64,000 bases of DNA from Tagaea sp. (GCA_965279525.1 CBDIIB010000004.1:960001-1024000), one strand, 5' to 3'; positions 22,839 through 32,666 are shown, counted from the first letter of the stretch. Made by a program: numbers and translations. The notes: generated by a model not told the origin, from the sequence alone.

Positions 22839-23843
22839 ATGTCCCAGAGCATCCGCGATATCCGCGTCTTCGTCGCCGCCTACGAGGAACGCTCCTTCAC
22901 CGCCGCTGCCGTGCGCGAAAACGCCACCCAGTCCGGCGTTTCCCAGCATGTCCGCAAGCTCGAGGAGCGTTTCGGCGTCCGCCTGTTCTCCCGTACCAGC
23001 GGCAGCGTCGTGCCGACGGCGGCGGGCGACGTCTATTACCGCAACTGCATCGAGGTCCTGCGCGCCTACAACGCCTCGAAGGAGGCCATGCGTCCGTTCA
23101 GCGGTGCGGCCGACGGCGAGGTCGTCGTCGGCCTGATGCCGACCATGACGCGTTGTGCGCTCGCGCCCGCGCTCGAACGGTTTATTGCACTGCACCCAAA
23201 CGTCTCGATCCAGGTTGTCGAAGCATATAGCGGCGTGCTGACCGAGCAGGTGCGTGCCGGAATTCTCGCCTTTGCCGTCGTTCCCGCATTCGCCGGCGGG
23301 GCAGGACTTCGCCAGCGCCTGTTCGCCCGCACCCGCGAGGTGCTGGTCTCGCGGGCAACCGGCACGCGCGTCCATCTTGCGCCGGTGCGCCTCGCCGACC
23401 TGCCGCCGATGAAACTGGTCTTGCCGAAGCCGCAGAACTCTCGCCGCAAGACGGTCGAGACCTACATCACCTCGAACGGCGCGCCGGTCGAGCGGATGCT
23501 CGAACTCGACGCCATGATGGGCACGCTCGATTTTGTCGCGACGACGGATTGGGTCACGGTGTTACCCGGCCTGATGATGGCCTCGGACGTCGATCCGCGC
23601 CGCTTCACGGTCAACCCACTGGACGAGCCGCCGCTCTGGCTGGATCTCGTGCAGATCGAATCCGCGCACCATGCGATGACGCCGATGGCGCAGGCATTCT
23701 CGGAAGTACTCGCGGAGGAGACGAAGCGGCTGAACCAGCCGTGGAGCGAACAGCAGGTCGCCGACGACGAGGCGCGCGCCGCCGCCGCCGTCCTGCCGGC
23801 GAACGTCAAGTCTTATGGCCAACGCCGTCGATCACGCCCTTGA
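22839..23843 (+). CDS. LysR family transcriptional regulator
   Basis: SFTAAAVRENATQSGVSQHVRKLEERFGVRLFSR HTH plus substrate-binding domain. Confidence 0.93.
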   Translation: MSQSIRDIRVFVAAYEERSFTAAAVRENATQSGVSQHVRKLEERFGVRLFSRTSGSVVPTAAGDVYYRNCIEVLRAYNASKEAMRPFSGAADGEVVVGLMPTMTRCALAPALERFIALHPNVSIQVVEAYSGVLTEQVRAGILAFAVVPAFAGGAGLRQRLFARTREVLVSRATGTRVHLAPVRLADLPPMKLVLPKPQNSRRKTVETYITSNGAPVERMLELDAMMGTLDFVATTDWVTVLPGLMMASDVDPRRFTVNPLDEPPLWLDLVQIESAHHAMTPMAQAFSEVLAEETKRLNQPWSEQQVADDEARAAAAVLPANVKSYGQRRRSRP

Positions 23844-24141
23844 CGCTGACCGCCTCGACGTCGTCCAGCATCTTCGTGCCGTGCGGCACGTTCGGCAGGA
23901 AATGGGCGGCCTGCCCGGGCCCGATGACGGTTTCCGACCCCTCGGTAAAGACCTTCATCCGGCCCTTGAGCACGTAGACGATCTGCTCGTGCGGATGCGC
24001 GTGCACTTCGGCACCCTGCCCCGCCTTGAAGCTGAGAATGCCGAATTCGACCTGGCTGCCGGTGATCAGGCGGCCGAGGGCGGTCGAATGCTTCGGAGTC
24101 ACCAGTTCCTGGGGCACATCCTGCAACGTGTAGAAGGGCAT
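23806..24141 (-). CDS. Cupin domain protein
   Basis: HAHPHEQ...PNVPHG metal-binding cupin motif. Confidence 0.85.
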   Translation of the reverse strand: MPFYTLQDVPQELVTPKHSTALGRLITGSQVEFGILSFKAGQGAEVHAHPHEQIVYVLKGRMKVFTEGSETVIGPGQAAHFLPNVPHGTKMLDDVEAVSVKGVIDGVGHKT

Positions 24142-24334
24142 CGTCTGTCTCCCTGCGGCATCGCGCCGTTTGCAGCGCTGGTCGTGAATTCTATACCGCG
24201 GGACGGCACTCCACGCCATGCGCAGTCCCATTATCCTTGATAATTCGGCGTAGTAGATCGTTTGATTGGGGCGACAATTCGCTTCTTGCCATAAACTCGA
24301 CGGCATCGGATGGCCATCGCCTGCGGAGGACGAG

Positions 24335-25087
24335 TTGAATTCACTCGAAGGGAAAGTCGCGATCATCACAGGCGGCACGCAGGGCCTCGGCGGCGCGTAC
24401 ACGTCCATGTTCGTGAAGTTCGGCGCCAAGGTCGTCGTCGCCGACATGCGCGATGAAGAAGGTCCCGCCAAGGTCGACGCGATCAACCGGCAGGCCGGCG
24501 ACAGGCGTGCCATCTACCGCCATCTCGACGTCACGAAATCCGCCGAGTGGCAGCACGTCGTCGAAGCTGCCGAGAGCGAGTTCGGGAAGCTGACGACCCT
24601 CGTCAACAACGCCGGCGTTCCGGGCCGCGACGGGATCGAGAGCACGACCGAAGAAAGCTGGGCGGGCACGATCGGCGTCGACCTCAAGGGAACCTGGCTC
24701 GGCATGAAATACTGCATCCCGGCGATGCGCCGGGCCGGGGGTGGATCGATCGTCAACACCTCGTCGACGTCGGGGCTCGTGGGAACGGGACGCGGCGCGC
24801 CCTATTGCAGTGCCAAGGGTGGAATCCACGCGTTGACGAAGACCGCGGCGGCGCAATACGGCGGCGAGAAGATCCGCGTGAACTCGATCCACCCGGGGCT
24901 CGTCGACACGCCGCGCAACAAGAACATCTCCGATGAATGGCGCCGGGAGATGCTGCGCGGAACGCCGCTGGGCCGCATGGCGCAGCCCGAGGAAATCGCC
25001 AACGCCGTCGCTTTCCTCGCCTCCGACGCCGCTTCCTTCATGACCGGGTCGGCCCTGATCGTCGACGGCGGAATGACCGCCATCTAG
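24335..25087 (+). CDS. SDR family oxidoreductase
   Basis: TGGTQGLG, NNAG, YCSAK; TTG start after GGAGG. Confidence 0.9.
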   Translation: MNSLEGKVAIITGGTQGLGGAYTSMFVKFGAKVVVADMRDEEGPAKVDAINRQAGDRRAIYRHLDVTKSAEWQHVVEAAESEFGKLTTLVNNAGVPGRDGIESTTEESWAGTIGVDLKGTWLGMKYCIPAMRRAGGGSIVNTSSTSGLVGTGRGAPYCSAKGGIHALTKTAAAQYGGEKIRVNSIHPGLVDTPRNKNISDEWRREMLRGTPLGRMAQPEEIANAVAFLASDAASFMTGSALIVDGGMTAI

Positions 25088-25092
25088 CCGCG

Positions 25093-25917
25093 TCAGCGCG
25101 TCGTGAGACCGCCGTCGACCAGCACGTTCGAGCCGGTCATGAAGGCGGCCATGTCCGTCGTGCAGAAAAACACCACGCGCGCGACCTCGTCGGCCTCCGC
25201 TGCCCGTCCCATCGGGAACGTCGCGCGCAGTGCCTTCTCCATCGCCGCAACCGTATTTCCGTCGGTTTCCTTGGAGCGCGCAGCCGCCCGCATTTCCGCC
25301 ACGCCCGGCGTTTCCGCCATCGACGGCGTGACGCACAGGACGCGGATGCCGTGCTGCACGAGTTCCATCGAAGACGAACGCGTAAGACCCAGCACGCCGG
25401 CCTTGGCCGCGCTGTAGGCGCCCAGGCTCACGCGTCCGCGCACGCCGGCGACCGAGGCGATGTTGACGATGACGCGGCCGGGCCGGCCCGGTACGGCGAT
25501 CATGCGCCGGGCCGCGGCACGGCTGCCGAAGAACACGCCGCGAAGGTTGACGTCGTACATCGCCGTCCAGTCCTCGTCGGTCGTCTCGACCAGCGGCTCG
25601 CCGCGGAAAACGCCGGCATTGTTGATCCAGATGTCGAGCGCGCCCAGATCGCGCACCGCCTTGTCGGCCAGCGCTTCGACCGAGCCGACTTCGCGCACGT
25701 CGAGTTCGGCGCCGATCACCTTGGCGCCATACTGCTTGGCGAGTCTGGCGGCGGACTCCTTCGCTCCTTCGACGTTGCGATCGCCGATCAGCACCGACGC
25801 CCCCGCCTCGGCTAGCCGGGCGGCCGTGCAGTAGCCGATCCCGCGCGCCGCACCGGTGACAACCGCGGTGCGGCCTTTCAGCGAAACCAGATCCGAAAGC
25901 GTGGGCAATGTCGTCAT
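25093..25917 (-). CDS. SDR family oxidoreductase
   Basis: TGAARGIG, NNAG, YSAAK. Confidence 0.9.
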   Translation of the reverse strand: MTTLPTLSDLVSLKGRTAVVTGAARGIGYCTAARLAEAGASVLIGDRNVEGAKESAARLAKQYGAKVIGAELDVREVGSVEALADKAVRDLGALDIWINNAGVFRGEPLVETTDEDWTAMYDVNLRGVFFGSRAAARRMIAVPGRPGRVIVNIASVAGVRGRVSLGAYSAAKAGVLGLTRSSSMELVQHGIRVLCVTPSMAETPGVAEMRAAARSKETDGNTVAAMEKALRATFPMGRAAEADEVARVVFFCTTDMAAFMTGSNVLVDGGLTTR

Positions 25918-25927
25918 GGGAGTTCCC

Positions 25928-26743
25928 TTACTTCTTTGCGAATAGCTTCTCCATCGACGCGTAGGCGCGCTTCGCGACCACCTTCGCGTCGAAGGTACGA
26001 TACGTGGCGTTGAAGACCTCGATCGCGAAATGGCCGCGATAGCCGGTCGCCAGGATCCGGTCGACATACTCGCGGACGGGCTGCACGCCTTCGCCGGGGA
26101 ACAGGCGGTAGTTGCGCAGCTGCTCGCGGATCGGCAGACGCGACTGGGCGAAATCGTTGATCTCGGCCAGGAAGATCTTGTCGCCCGGGATGTCGGAAAT
26201 GCCGTCCAGCGGATGGCCGGGCAGGAAGATGTGCGCGGTATCCAGCACCATGCCGACATGGCTGTGGTCGACTTCCTTGATCAGCTTCCAGCCGAGACGG
26301 TAATCGTTGATCCATTCGCTGAAGCACATCGGCTCGTAGCCGATGCGGACTCCCTCGGACTTGGCGAGATCGCCGAGTGCGCGGATCGAGGCGACGGCCC
26401 CCTTCCAGTCGTTCTTGTCGACCGGCGACATCGTCGAACCGAGGACGAGCATGTCGCCGCCGACGAGCTTGATCTGGCCGATCTGCTGGCGCGCGATGTC
26501 GAGCTTGCGGCGCTGGACGTCGGCGGGCATGCCCTCGTAGTCGCGCAGCAGCTGGTAGGCGGAGAGCTTCATTCCGCTGTTGCGGAACGACATGATCGAT
26601 CCGTCCGGATCGTCGAACAGCGGGAACAGGTCGCTGTGCCACAACGTGGCGGCGGGGAAGCCCGCCTCCTTCATCGCGGCGACCCGATCGGGAAACGTGC
26701 CCACGAGCGTGCCCGAATTTATGGACCAGAGATGATCGGTCAT
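25928..26743 (-). CDS. Sugar phosphate isomerase/epimerase TIM-barrel (AP endonuclease 2 fold; resembles dehydroshikimate dehydratase N-domain)
   Basis: RIGYEP, LDTAH, RLFPGEG, IEVF metal motifs. Confidence 0.8.
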   Translation of the reverse strand: MTDHLWSINSGTLVGTFPDRVAAMKEAGFPAATLWHSDLFPLFDDPDGSIMSFRNSGMKLSAYQLLRDYEGMPADVQRRKLDIARQQIGQIKLVGGDMLVLGSTMSPVDKNDWKGAVASIRALGDLAKSEGVRIGYEPMCFSEWINDYRLGWKLIKEVDHSHVGMVLDTAHIFLPGHPLDGISDIPGDKIFLAEINDFAQSRLPIREQLRNYRLFPGEGVQPVREYVDRILATGYRGHFAIEVFNATYRTFDAKVVAKRAYASMEKLFAKK

Positions 26744-26769
26744 TGCGTCTCCTTGTCGAACGTTCCCGG

Positions 26770-27486
26770 TCAGGCGGCGGTGAATCCGCCGTCGACCACA
26801 AGCCCGGTGCCCGTGACGAAAGTCGCGAGGTCCGAGGCGAGAAATACATAGGCGTTGGCGATCTCGTCCGCACGGCCCAGACGCTTCATCGGCGTCATGT
26901 CGAGGAATGTCTTGCGCGTGCCCTCGTCGAGCCCGGCGAGGAGCGAGGGATCGACGGGCCCGGGCAGCACGGCGTTGATGCGGATGTTCTCGCCGGCATA
27001 CTCGATCGCGGCGGTGCGGGTGAGCATCAGCACGCCAGCCATGGCGCCGTGATACGCCGCCGAATGGCCCGTCCCCACGATCGCTGCCGTCGACGACGTG
27101 TTGACCACCGCCCCGCCACCCGCGGCACGGATCGCCGGGATGCAGGCCTTCATGCCGAGCCATGCCCCGCGCAGGTCTGCGTCGATCGTGCTGTCCCATT
27201 CGGCTTCGCTGGTCTGCTCGATGCCCGGCCGCCCGGCATCCGGCACGGTGTTGACAAGCGTCGTCAGGCCGCCGAACGCCGAGCGTGCGAGTGCGACCGC
27301 GCCATCCCAGTCGGCCGGATCGCGGGGATCCAGCCTCGCGATGCGCAGACGGTCCGATTCCGGATCGCCGAACGCGCCGCCGGCGACAACGCTGGCGCCG
27401 TGCTCGAGGAAGCGCCGGACGATCGCGGCCCCGAGTGCCGCATCGGCACCGGCGACGATCGCCGTCTTTCCCTTCAGGATTTCCAT
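26770..27486 (-). CDS. SDR-fold protein with degenerate cofactor-binding and catalytic motifs
   Basis: Close paralog of 24335 and 30159 SDRs but AGADAALG, NTVP and YHGAM replace TGxxxGxG, NNAG and YxxxK. Confidence 0.8.
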   Translation of the reverse strand: MEILKGKTAIVAGADAALGAAIVRRFLEHGASVVAGGAFGDPESDRLRIARLDPRDPADWDGAVALARSAFGGLTTLVNTVPDAGRPGIEQTSEAEWDSTIDADLRGAWLGMKACIPAIRAAGGGAVVNTSSTAAIVGTGHSAAYHGAMAGVLMLTRTAAIEYAGENIRINAVLPGPVDPSLLAGLDEGTRKTFLDMTPMKRLGRADEIANAYVFLASDLATFVTGTGLVVDGGFTAA

Positions 27487-27563
27487 CGTCGCGTTTCCGT
27501 CGGTTTCGTTTCTGATTGGCCCCCGTCGGGGGACGTCAACATGGAGTGTCGGGGTCGATGCGG

Positions 27564-28376
27564 TCAATTCCGCCGTGCCGGCAGGCCGGCAAGGAACTCT
27601 GCCACAACGACATCGAAGGCCGCCGCGTTTTCCACGTTCGCGATATGGCTCGCATCGGGCAGAAGCGCGAAGCGTGAGTCCGGTACGGCGGACGCCATGT
27701 CCCGCATGGCGTCAGGTGGTGCGGCAAGGTCGTCGGCGCCCGCGACGAACAGGCTGGGTACCGCGATGCGGCCGAGATGGCGCCTGTAATCGAGCGCCAT
27801 CAATGCGGCGGCGCAGCCGCGATAGCCGTCGACGGGCATGGTGCGGATCGCCTCGGCGAAACGCGCCACGACCGCCGGCTGCGACGCGCGGAAACCGGCG
27901 CCGAACCAGCGCTCGATCGTGCCCGGCACGATCGCCGCCATGCCACCCGCCTCGATGGCCGCCAGGCGATCCTGCCAGCCTTTCACGTAGAGCGGCGGAG
28001 CGTCCGCACGCGCATCGCAGCAGATCAGCGCCTCGATGCGCTGCGGGTGGTCCAGCGCCACGCCGAGCCCGGTCATGCCACCCAGCGAAAGTCCCATGAA
28101 GACGGCCTTGCCGACCTCGTGGGCATCCATCACGGCAATCGCGTCGGCGACCAGATCGTCGAAGCCATAGGGCGCCGGCGGCACGCCGCTCGCCCCGTGG
28201 CCGCGCGTGTCGTAGCGCAGCACGTTGTGCGTCCGGACAAGTGCCGGAATCTGCGGATCCCACATGCGGTGGTCGGCCGCCAGACTGTTCGACAGCACGA
28301 TCCAGCCGGCTCCGGGACTTGCGGCACGGTCGACCCGCGCGAACAGCGCAAAGCCGCCTCTCGCCACTTCGGTCAT
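27564..28376 (-). CDS. 3-oxoadipate enol-lactonase-like alpha/beta hydrolase
   Basis: SNSLAADHRMWDPQ, YDTRGHG, GLSLGG, HIANVE. Confidence 0.8.
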   Translation of the reverse strand: MTEVARGGFALFARVDRAASPGAGWIVLSNSLAADHRMWDPQIPALVRTHNVLRYDTRGHGASGVPPAPYGFDDLVADAIAVMDAHEVGKAVFMGLSLGGMTGLGVALDHPQRIEALICCDARADAPPLYVKGWQDRLAAIEAGGMAAIVPGTIERWFGAGFRASQPAVVARFAEAIRTMPVDGYRGCAAALMALDYRRHLGRIAVPSLFVAGADDLAAPPDAMRDMASAVPDSRFALLPDASHIANVENAAAFDVVVAEFLAGLPARRN

Positions 28377-29473
28377 GCGACGCGGGTCTTGCGTTCGGCA
28401 GCGTTGACCTTCGGCAGCACCTTCTCGGCAAGCAGAATCATCGACTGCCTGCCCAGATCCCGGCTGACCCAATCCTTGCCGGCATAAAGCAGCGTGCCGA
28501 AGTCCCCGACTTCCTCGCGGAACGCCAGCAGCTCCTCGGCCACCTTCGACGGCGAACCGTGGATGATCAGCTTCTCGCACACCATGTCGGTCGTCACCGC
28601 ATCGTCGGGCATATCGCGGCTCGACTTGAAGAGTTCGGCGCGGCCGTTCTTCTTCAGCTTGGTGACGAGCTGGTTGTAATAGTGGCGATACGGGCTGTTC
28701 GGCCCGGTCGCGTACTCGCGCGCCGTCCTGTCGTCTTCGGCGACGAACACGCTCTTGGCCACGCGCCAGTTCGCGGGATCGGCGCGGCGCCCGGCGCGCG
28801 TGCAGCCCTCGACATAGCTCGGCCAATGGGTCTTGACCCAGTTCGGCATCAGGAAGTTCGCGGAGATCGGCTCCCAGCCGCGCGCGGCGGCTTCGGTCAC
28901 GCCCTTGGAAAAGGGCGCCACGGCCGTCACGACGATTTCGGGATGCGGCCGCTGCAGCGGCCGGGGAACGTAGCCCTGCCCGATTTCTTCCATCAGCGTG
29001 CGGGCGGTCGATACGTTCCAGTACTTTCCATTGAGGTCGTACGGTGCCGCCTGCGACCAGAGTGCCAGGACATGATTGATGCACTCGAGGAACATCTCGT
29101 TGCGGTTGTTGGCGAGATTCCCGAAGGCTTCGGCATCCGAAAGGAGCCCCCCCGGGCTGATTCCGAAGATGAAACGGCCGTCGAGCAGATGGTCCAGCAT
29201 CGCGATCTGCGAGGCGACCGCCACGGGATGGCTGTTGGGCAGGTTCACGGTGCCCGTTCCAAGCCTGATGTTCTTCGTCGCGGAAGCGAGGCTTGCGAGG
29301 AACATCGTGCACGACGTGATGTTTTCGGACAGGTCGGTCGCGTGCTCGCCTGCATAGGCTTCGGCGAAGCCCAGCTCGTCGGCAAGCAGGAAAGCCTCGC
29401 GGTCCTCCCGGAGACACTGCCGCCAATCCTTGTCGATCGGATGGATCGGCATCGTGAAGAAACCGAGCTTCAT
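28373..29473 (-). CDS. Luciferase-like (LLM) flavin-dependent monooxygenase
   Basis: ADELGF..AY.GEH, ATKNIRLGTG, LDHLLDGRF. Confidence 0.9.
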   Translation of the reverse strand: MKLGFFTMPIHPIDKDWRQCLREDREAFLLADELGFAEAYAGEHATDLSENITSCTMFLASLASATKNIRLGTGTVNLPNSHPVAVASQIAMLDHLLDGRFIFGISPGGLLSDAEAFGNLANNRNEMFLECINHVLALWSQAAPYDLNGKYWNVSTARTLMEEIGQGYVPRPLQRPHPEIVVTAVAPFSKGVTEAAARGWEPISANFLMPNWVKTHWPSYVEGCTRAGRRADPANWRVAKSVFVAEDDRTAREYATGPNSPYRHYYNQLVTKLKKNGRAELFKSSRDMPDDAVTTDMVCEKLIIHGSPSKVAEELLAFREEVGDFGTLLYAGKDWVSRDLGRQSMILLAEKVLPKVNAAERKTRVA

Positions 29474-29530
29474 TCGGGCGCCCCGCAGTTATATGGCGCT
29501 ATCAATGGCAGCGTTCGGCACGCGGTTGAA

Positions 29531-29567
29531 ATCATCTGTTCTGAACGCGCACATCACGATTTTTACT
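29531..29567. promoter_or_regulatory. Putative LysR binding sites in LLM/cupin divergent promoter
   Basis: ATCA-N7-TGAA at 29531 and second ATCA at 29553 (22-bp spacing), similar to 22694/22716. Confidence 0.4.
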
Positions 29568-29676
29568 GGACGTGAAGTCCCTTCGGCTTTGGAAGCGCGA
29601 CAAGCTGGGTGTATGGTCGCGTCAATGTCCGCCCGATTTCGAGTGTCGGCGCGCGAACGAACAAGCGAGGGAGAGA

Positions 29677-30153
29677 ATGCCGAACAAACCGAGCGCCGGC
29701 GGATCCAGTCAGATGACCCGCCGCCCGCCGCGCGGCGTCAAGGCCGGCAAGGGCAAGTATCTCTTCAAGATGGTCGGGCTCAACAGCGTCGAAGCCGGGC
29801 CCGACTACTCGACCGCACACGGCTCGGTCGTGGAGGGCGAGCGCTTCATGATGGGCCTGCTGCGCATGCCGAAGGGTACCGGTGCTGCAGCGCACAATCA
29901 TCCCAATGAACAATGGGTCTATATCATCGAAGGCACGCTGGCGTTCGAAGTCGACGGGAAGAAGGGTGTCGCCACACCCGGCTCGCTGCTCTATTTCCCG
30001 CCCAATGCGGTGCACGCGACGCAGGCTTCCGCCGATCGCGACGTCGTGTTCCTGACCGGGAAGGACCTCAGCCACGGCCTGTGGGGCAACCGGATCGGCA
30101 AGAAGCCGGCGGCACCCGCCGCGAAGACCAAGAAGCGCGTCCGCGCACGCTGA
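29677..30153 (+). CDS. Cupin domain protein with Lys-rich C-tail
   Basis: HNHPNEQ...PPNAVHAT; RBS GAGGGAGA upstream. Confidence 0.85.
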   Translation: MPNKPSAGGSSQMTRRPPRGVKAGKGKYLFKMVGLNSVEAGPDYSTAHGSVVEGERFMMGLLRMPKGTGAAAHNHPNEQWVYIIEGTLAFEVDGKKGVATPGSLLYFPPNAVHATQASADRDVVFLTGKDLSHGLWGNRIGKKPAAPAAKTKKRVRAR

Positions 30154-30158
30154 CATCC

Positions 30159-30908
30159 ATGCGCTTGAAGGACAAAGTCGCGATCGTCACCGGTGCAGCA
30201 CACGGCATCGGCGCCGCAGTCGTACGCGCCTTCGCGCGCGAAGGGGCCAGGGTCATCGTCGGCGACATTCTCGACGACGAGGGCAGGAAGCTTGCCGACG
30301 ACGTCAACAGGGCGGCCGGCGCCGTCGTCGCCGTCTACATGAATTTCGACGTGACCAAGGCGGCACATTGGGACGATGCGGTCGCACTTGCGGAATCCAC
30401 GTTCGGCAAGCTCGACCTGCTGGTCAACAACGCCGGCGTCCCCGGCCGCCCGGGCGTGGAGGACACGACCGAGGAGAGCTGGAACCGCACGATGGACGTC
30501 GACCTAAAGGGAACCTGGCTCGGCATGAAGGCCTGCATGCCGGCATTCCGGCGGGCGGGCGGCGGTGCGGTCGTCAACACGTGCTCCAACTATGCGCTCG
30601 TCGCGTCGGGCCGTGCCGCGGTCTATCACAGCGCGAAAGGCGGCGTGCTGAGCCTGACGCGCGCCGCGGCGGTCGAGTATGCGCGCCAGAAGATCCGGGT
30701 GAACGCAGTGCTTCCGGGCGTGGTCGCGACACCGCGCAACGCATCCCTGCCGGCCGACTGGGCCAAGACGCTGATCGACCAGACGCCGCTGGGCCGCATC
30801 GCCCAACCCGACGAGATAGCACCGGCCTACGTGTTTCTCGCTTCCGACGAAGCCTCGTTCGTCACCGGCGCTTCGCTGGTCGTCGACGGCGGCTACACAT
30901 CCATCTGA
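30159..30908 (+). CDS. SDR family oxidoreductase
   Basis: TGAAHGIG, NNAG, YHSAK. Confidence 0.9.
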   Translation: MRLKDKVAIVTGAAHGIGAAVVRAFAREGARVIVGDILDDEGRKLADDVNRAAGAVVAVYMNFDVTKAAHWDDAVALAESTFGKLDLLVNNAGVPGRPGVEDTTEESWNRTMDVDLKGTWLGMKACMPAFRRAGGGAVVNTCSNYALVASGRAAVYHSAKGGVLSLTRAAAVEYARQKIRVNAVLPGVVATPRNASLPADWAKTLIDQTPLGRIAQPDEIAPAYVFLASDEASFVTGASLVVDGGYTSI

Positions 30909-30920
30909 ACGGCGGAGCAT

Positions 30921-32660
30921 ATGGAAAAGACCGAAGTTCGCGACGGCATGCACGTCACGTGGGATACGCCGATCACGATGGATGACGGCCTCGTCGTGCG
31001 GGCCGACATCTTCCGGCCTCTCGCCCCGGGCCGCTATCCGGCAATCCTGACCTACGGGCCCTACGCCAAGGGCCTCGCTTTCCAGGACGGCTACCCCAGT
31101 GCCTGGAAGCTGCTTTCGGACCAGCATCCCGAAGCGCTCGCGGGGTCGAGCAACCTCTACCAGAGCTGGGAACTCGTCGATCCCGAGAAGTGGGTTCCGG
31201 ATGGCTATGTCTGCGTGCGCGTCGACTCGCGCGGTGCGGGCCGCTCGCAGGGCTTTCTCGATCCGTGGTGCCCGCGCGAGACGCGCGATTTCTACGAATG
31301 CATCGAATGGTGCGCGCGTCAGGACTGGTCGAACGGCAAGGTCGGGCTCAACGGCATCTCCTACTACGCGATCAACGCCTGGCAGGTCGCCTCGCTGCAG
31401 CCGCCGCACCTCACCGCCATGTGCGTGTGGGAAGGTGCTGCGGATTTCTACCGCGACATGACCTATCACGGCGGCATCCTGTCGACCTTCTTCGCCAACT
31501 GGTTCGACATGCAGGTGAAGACGGTGCAGCACGGCGTGGGCGAGCGCGGCAAGCGCAGCCGCGCCACCGGCGAGCTTGCCTGCGGGCCTGAAGTTCTGTC
31601 GGACGCCGAACTGGAGGCCAACCGCTCCGACTTCGGCGCCGACATCTTCGCCCATCCGTTCGACGACCAGTATCACCGCGACCGCTCGCCCGATTGGGAC
31701 AAGGTCGTCACGCCGTTCCTGTCGGCGGCAAGCTGGGCGGGCCAGGGCCTGCACCCGCGCGGAAACTTCGAAGGATTCATGCGCGCCAAGGCGCCGCAGA
31801 AGTGGCTCGAGATCCACGGGCTCGAGCACTGGACGCATTTCTACACGCCCTACGGCGAGGCGTTGCAGAAGAAGTTCTTCGGCCATTTCCTGAAAGGCGA
31901 GCGCAATGGCTGGGAAAGTCAGCCGCGCGTTCTGATGCAGGTCCGCCATCCCGGCGAGCGTTTCGTCGAGCGCCACGAGAGCGAATGGCCGCTGGCGCGC
32001 ACGAAATGGACGCGCTTCCATCTCGATCCCGCCGGCATGGTCCTGACCGAAAAGGCGCCGGCCGGGCCGGCGAATATTCCGTACGAGACGATGGGCAAGG
32101 GTCTGACGTTCCTCACCCCGCCGCTGACCGAGGAAGTCGAGATCGCCGGCCCGTCCGCCGCCAAGATCTTCGTATCGTCGCCGACGAACGACGCGGATAT
32201 CTTCATGATGGTCCGCGTGTTCGATCCGGCGGGCAAGGAAGTGGTCTTCTCCGGTACGGTCGATCCGCACACGCCGGTCGCCCAGGGCTGGCTGCGCGCC
32301 TCGCGCCGCAAACTAGACCCGAAGCTTTCGCTGCCCTACCGCCCCTACCACGTCCACGACGAGGACCAGAAGCTTGTGCCCGGGCAGGTCTACGAGCTCG
32401 ACATCGAGATCTGGCCGACCGGCATCGTCGTGCCGCCGGGTTACCGCATCGGCGTGAGCGTTCTCGGCAGGGACTACGAGTGGGACGGTCCCGGCGTGCG
32501 CCTTTCGAACTTCAAGAACGAACTGCGCGGCTGCGGCCCGTTCCTGCACAACGATCCGCGCAACCGGCCGTCCGACGTGTTCGACACGACGCTCACCCTG
32601 CATACCGGGCCGGGCATGGCGTCGAGCGTGCTGCTCCCCATCATTCCGAAGAAGGCCTAA
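30921..32660 (+). CDS. CocE/NonD family serine hydrolase
   Basis: LVVRADIFRP, DSRGAGRSQG, GISYYA nucleophile, C-terminal jelly-roll GWLRAS. Confidence 0.92.
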   Translation: MEKTEVRDGMHVTWDTPITMDDGLVVRADIFRPLAPGRYPAILTYGPYAKGLAFQDGYPSAWKLLSDQHPEALAGSSNLYQSWELVDPEKWVPDGYVCVRVDSRGAGRSQGFLDPWCPRETRDFYECIEWCARQDWSNGKVGLNGISYYAINAWQVASLQPPHLTAMCVWEGAADFYRDMTYHGGILSTFFANWFDMQVKTVQHGVGERGKRSRATGELACGPEVLSDAELEANRSDFGADIFAHPFDDQYHRDRSPDWDKVVTPFLSAASWAGQGLHPRGNFEGFMRAKAPQKWLEIHGLEHWTHFYTPYGEALQKKFFGHFLKGERNGWESQPRVLMQVRHPGERFVERHESEWPLARTKWTRFHLDPAGMVLTEKAPAGPANIPYETMGKGLTFLTPPLTEEVEIAGPSAAKIFVSSPTNDADIFMMVRVFDPAGKEVVFSGTVDPHTPVAQGWLRASRRKLDPKLSLPYRPYHVHDEDQKLVPGQVYELDIEIWPTGIVVPPGYRIGVSVLGRDYEWDGPGVRLSNFKNELRGCGPFLHNDPRNRPSDVFDTTLTLHTGPGMASSVLLPIIPKKA

Positions 32661-32666
32661 ACGACC

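Noticed and set aside
23806-23843. 38-bp convergent overlap of LysR and cupin as a regulatory device
   Set aside because: Short 3' overlaps from stop-codon drift are common; no other support
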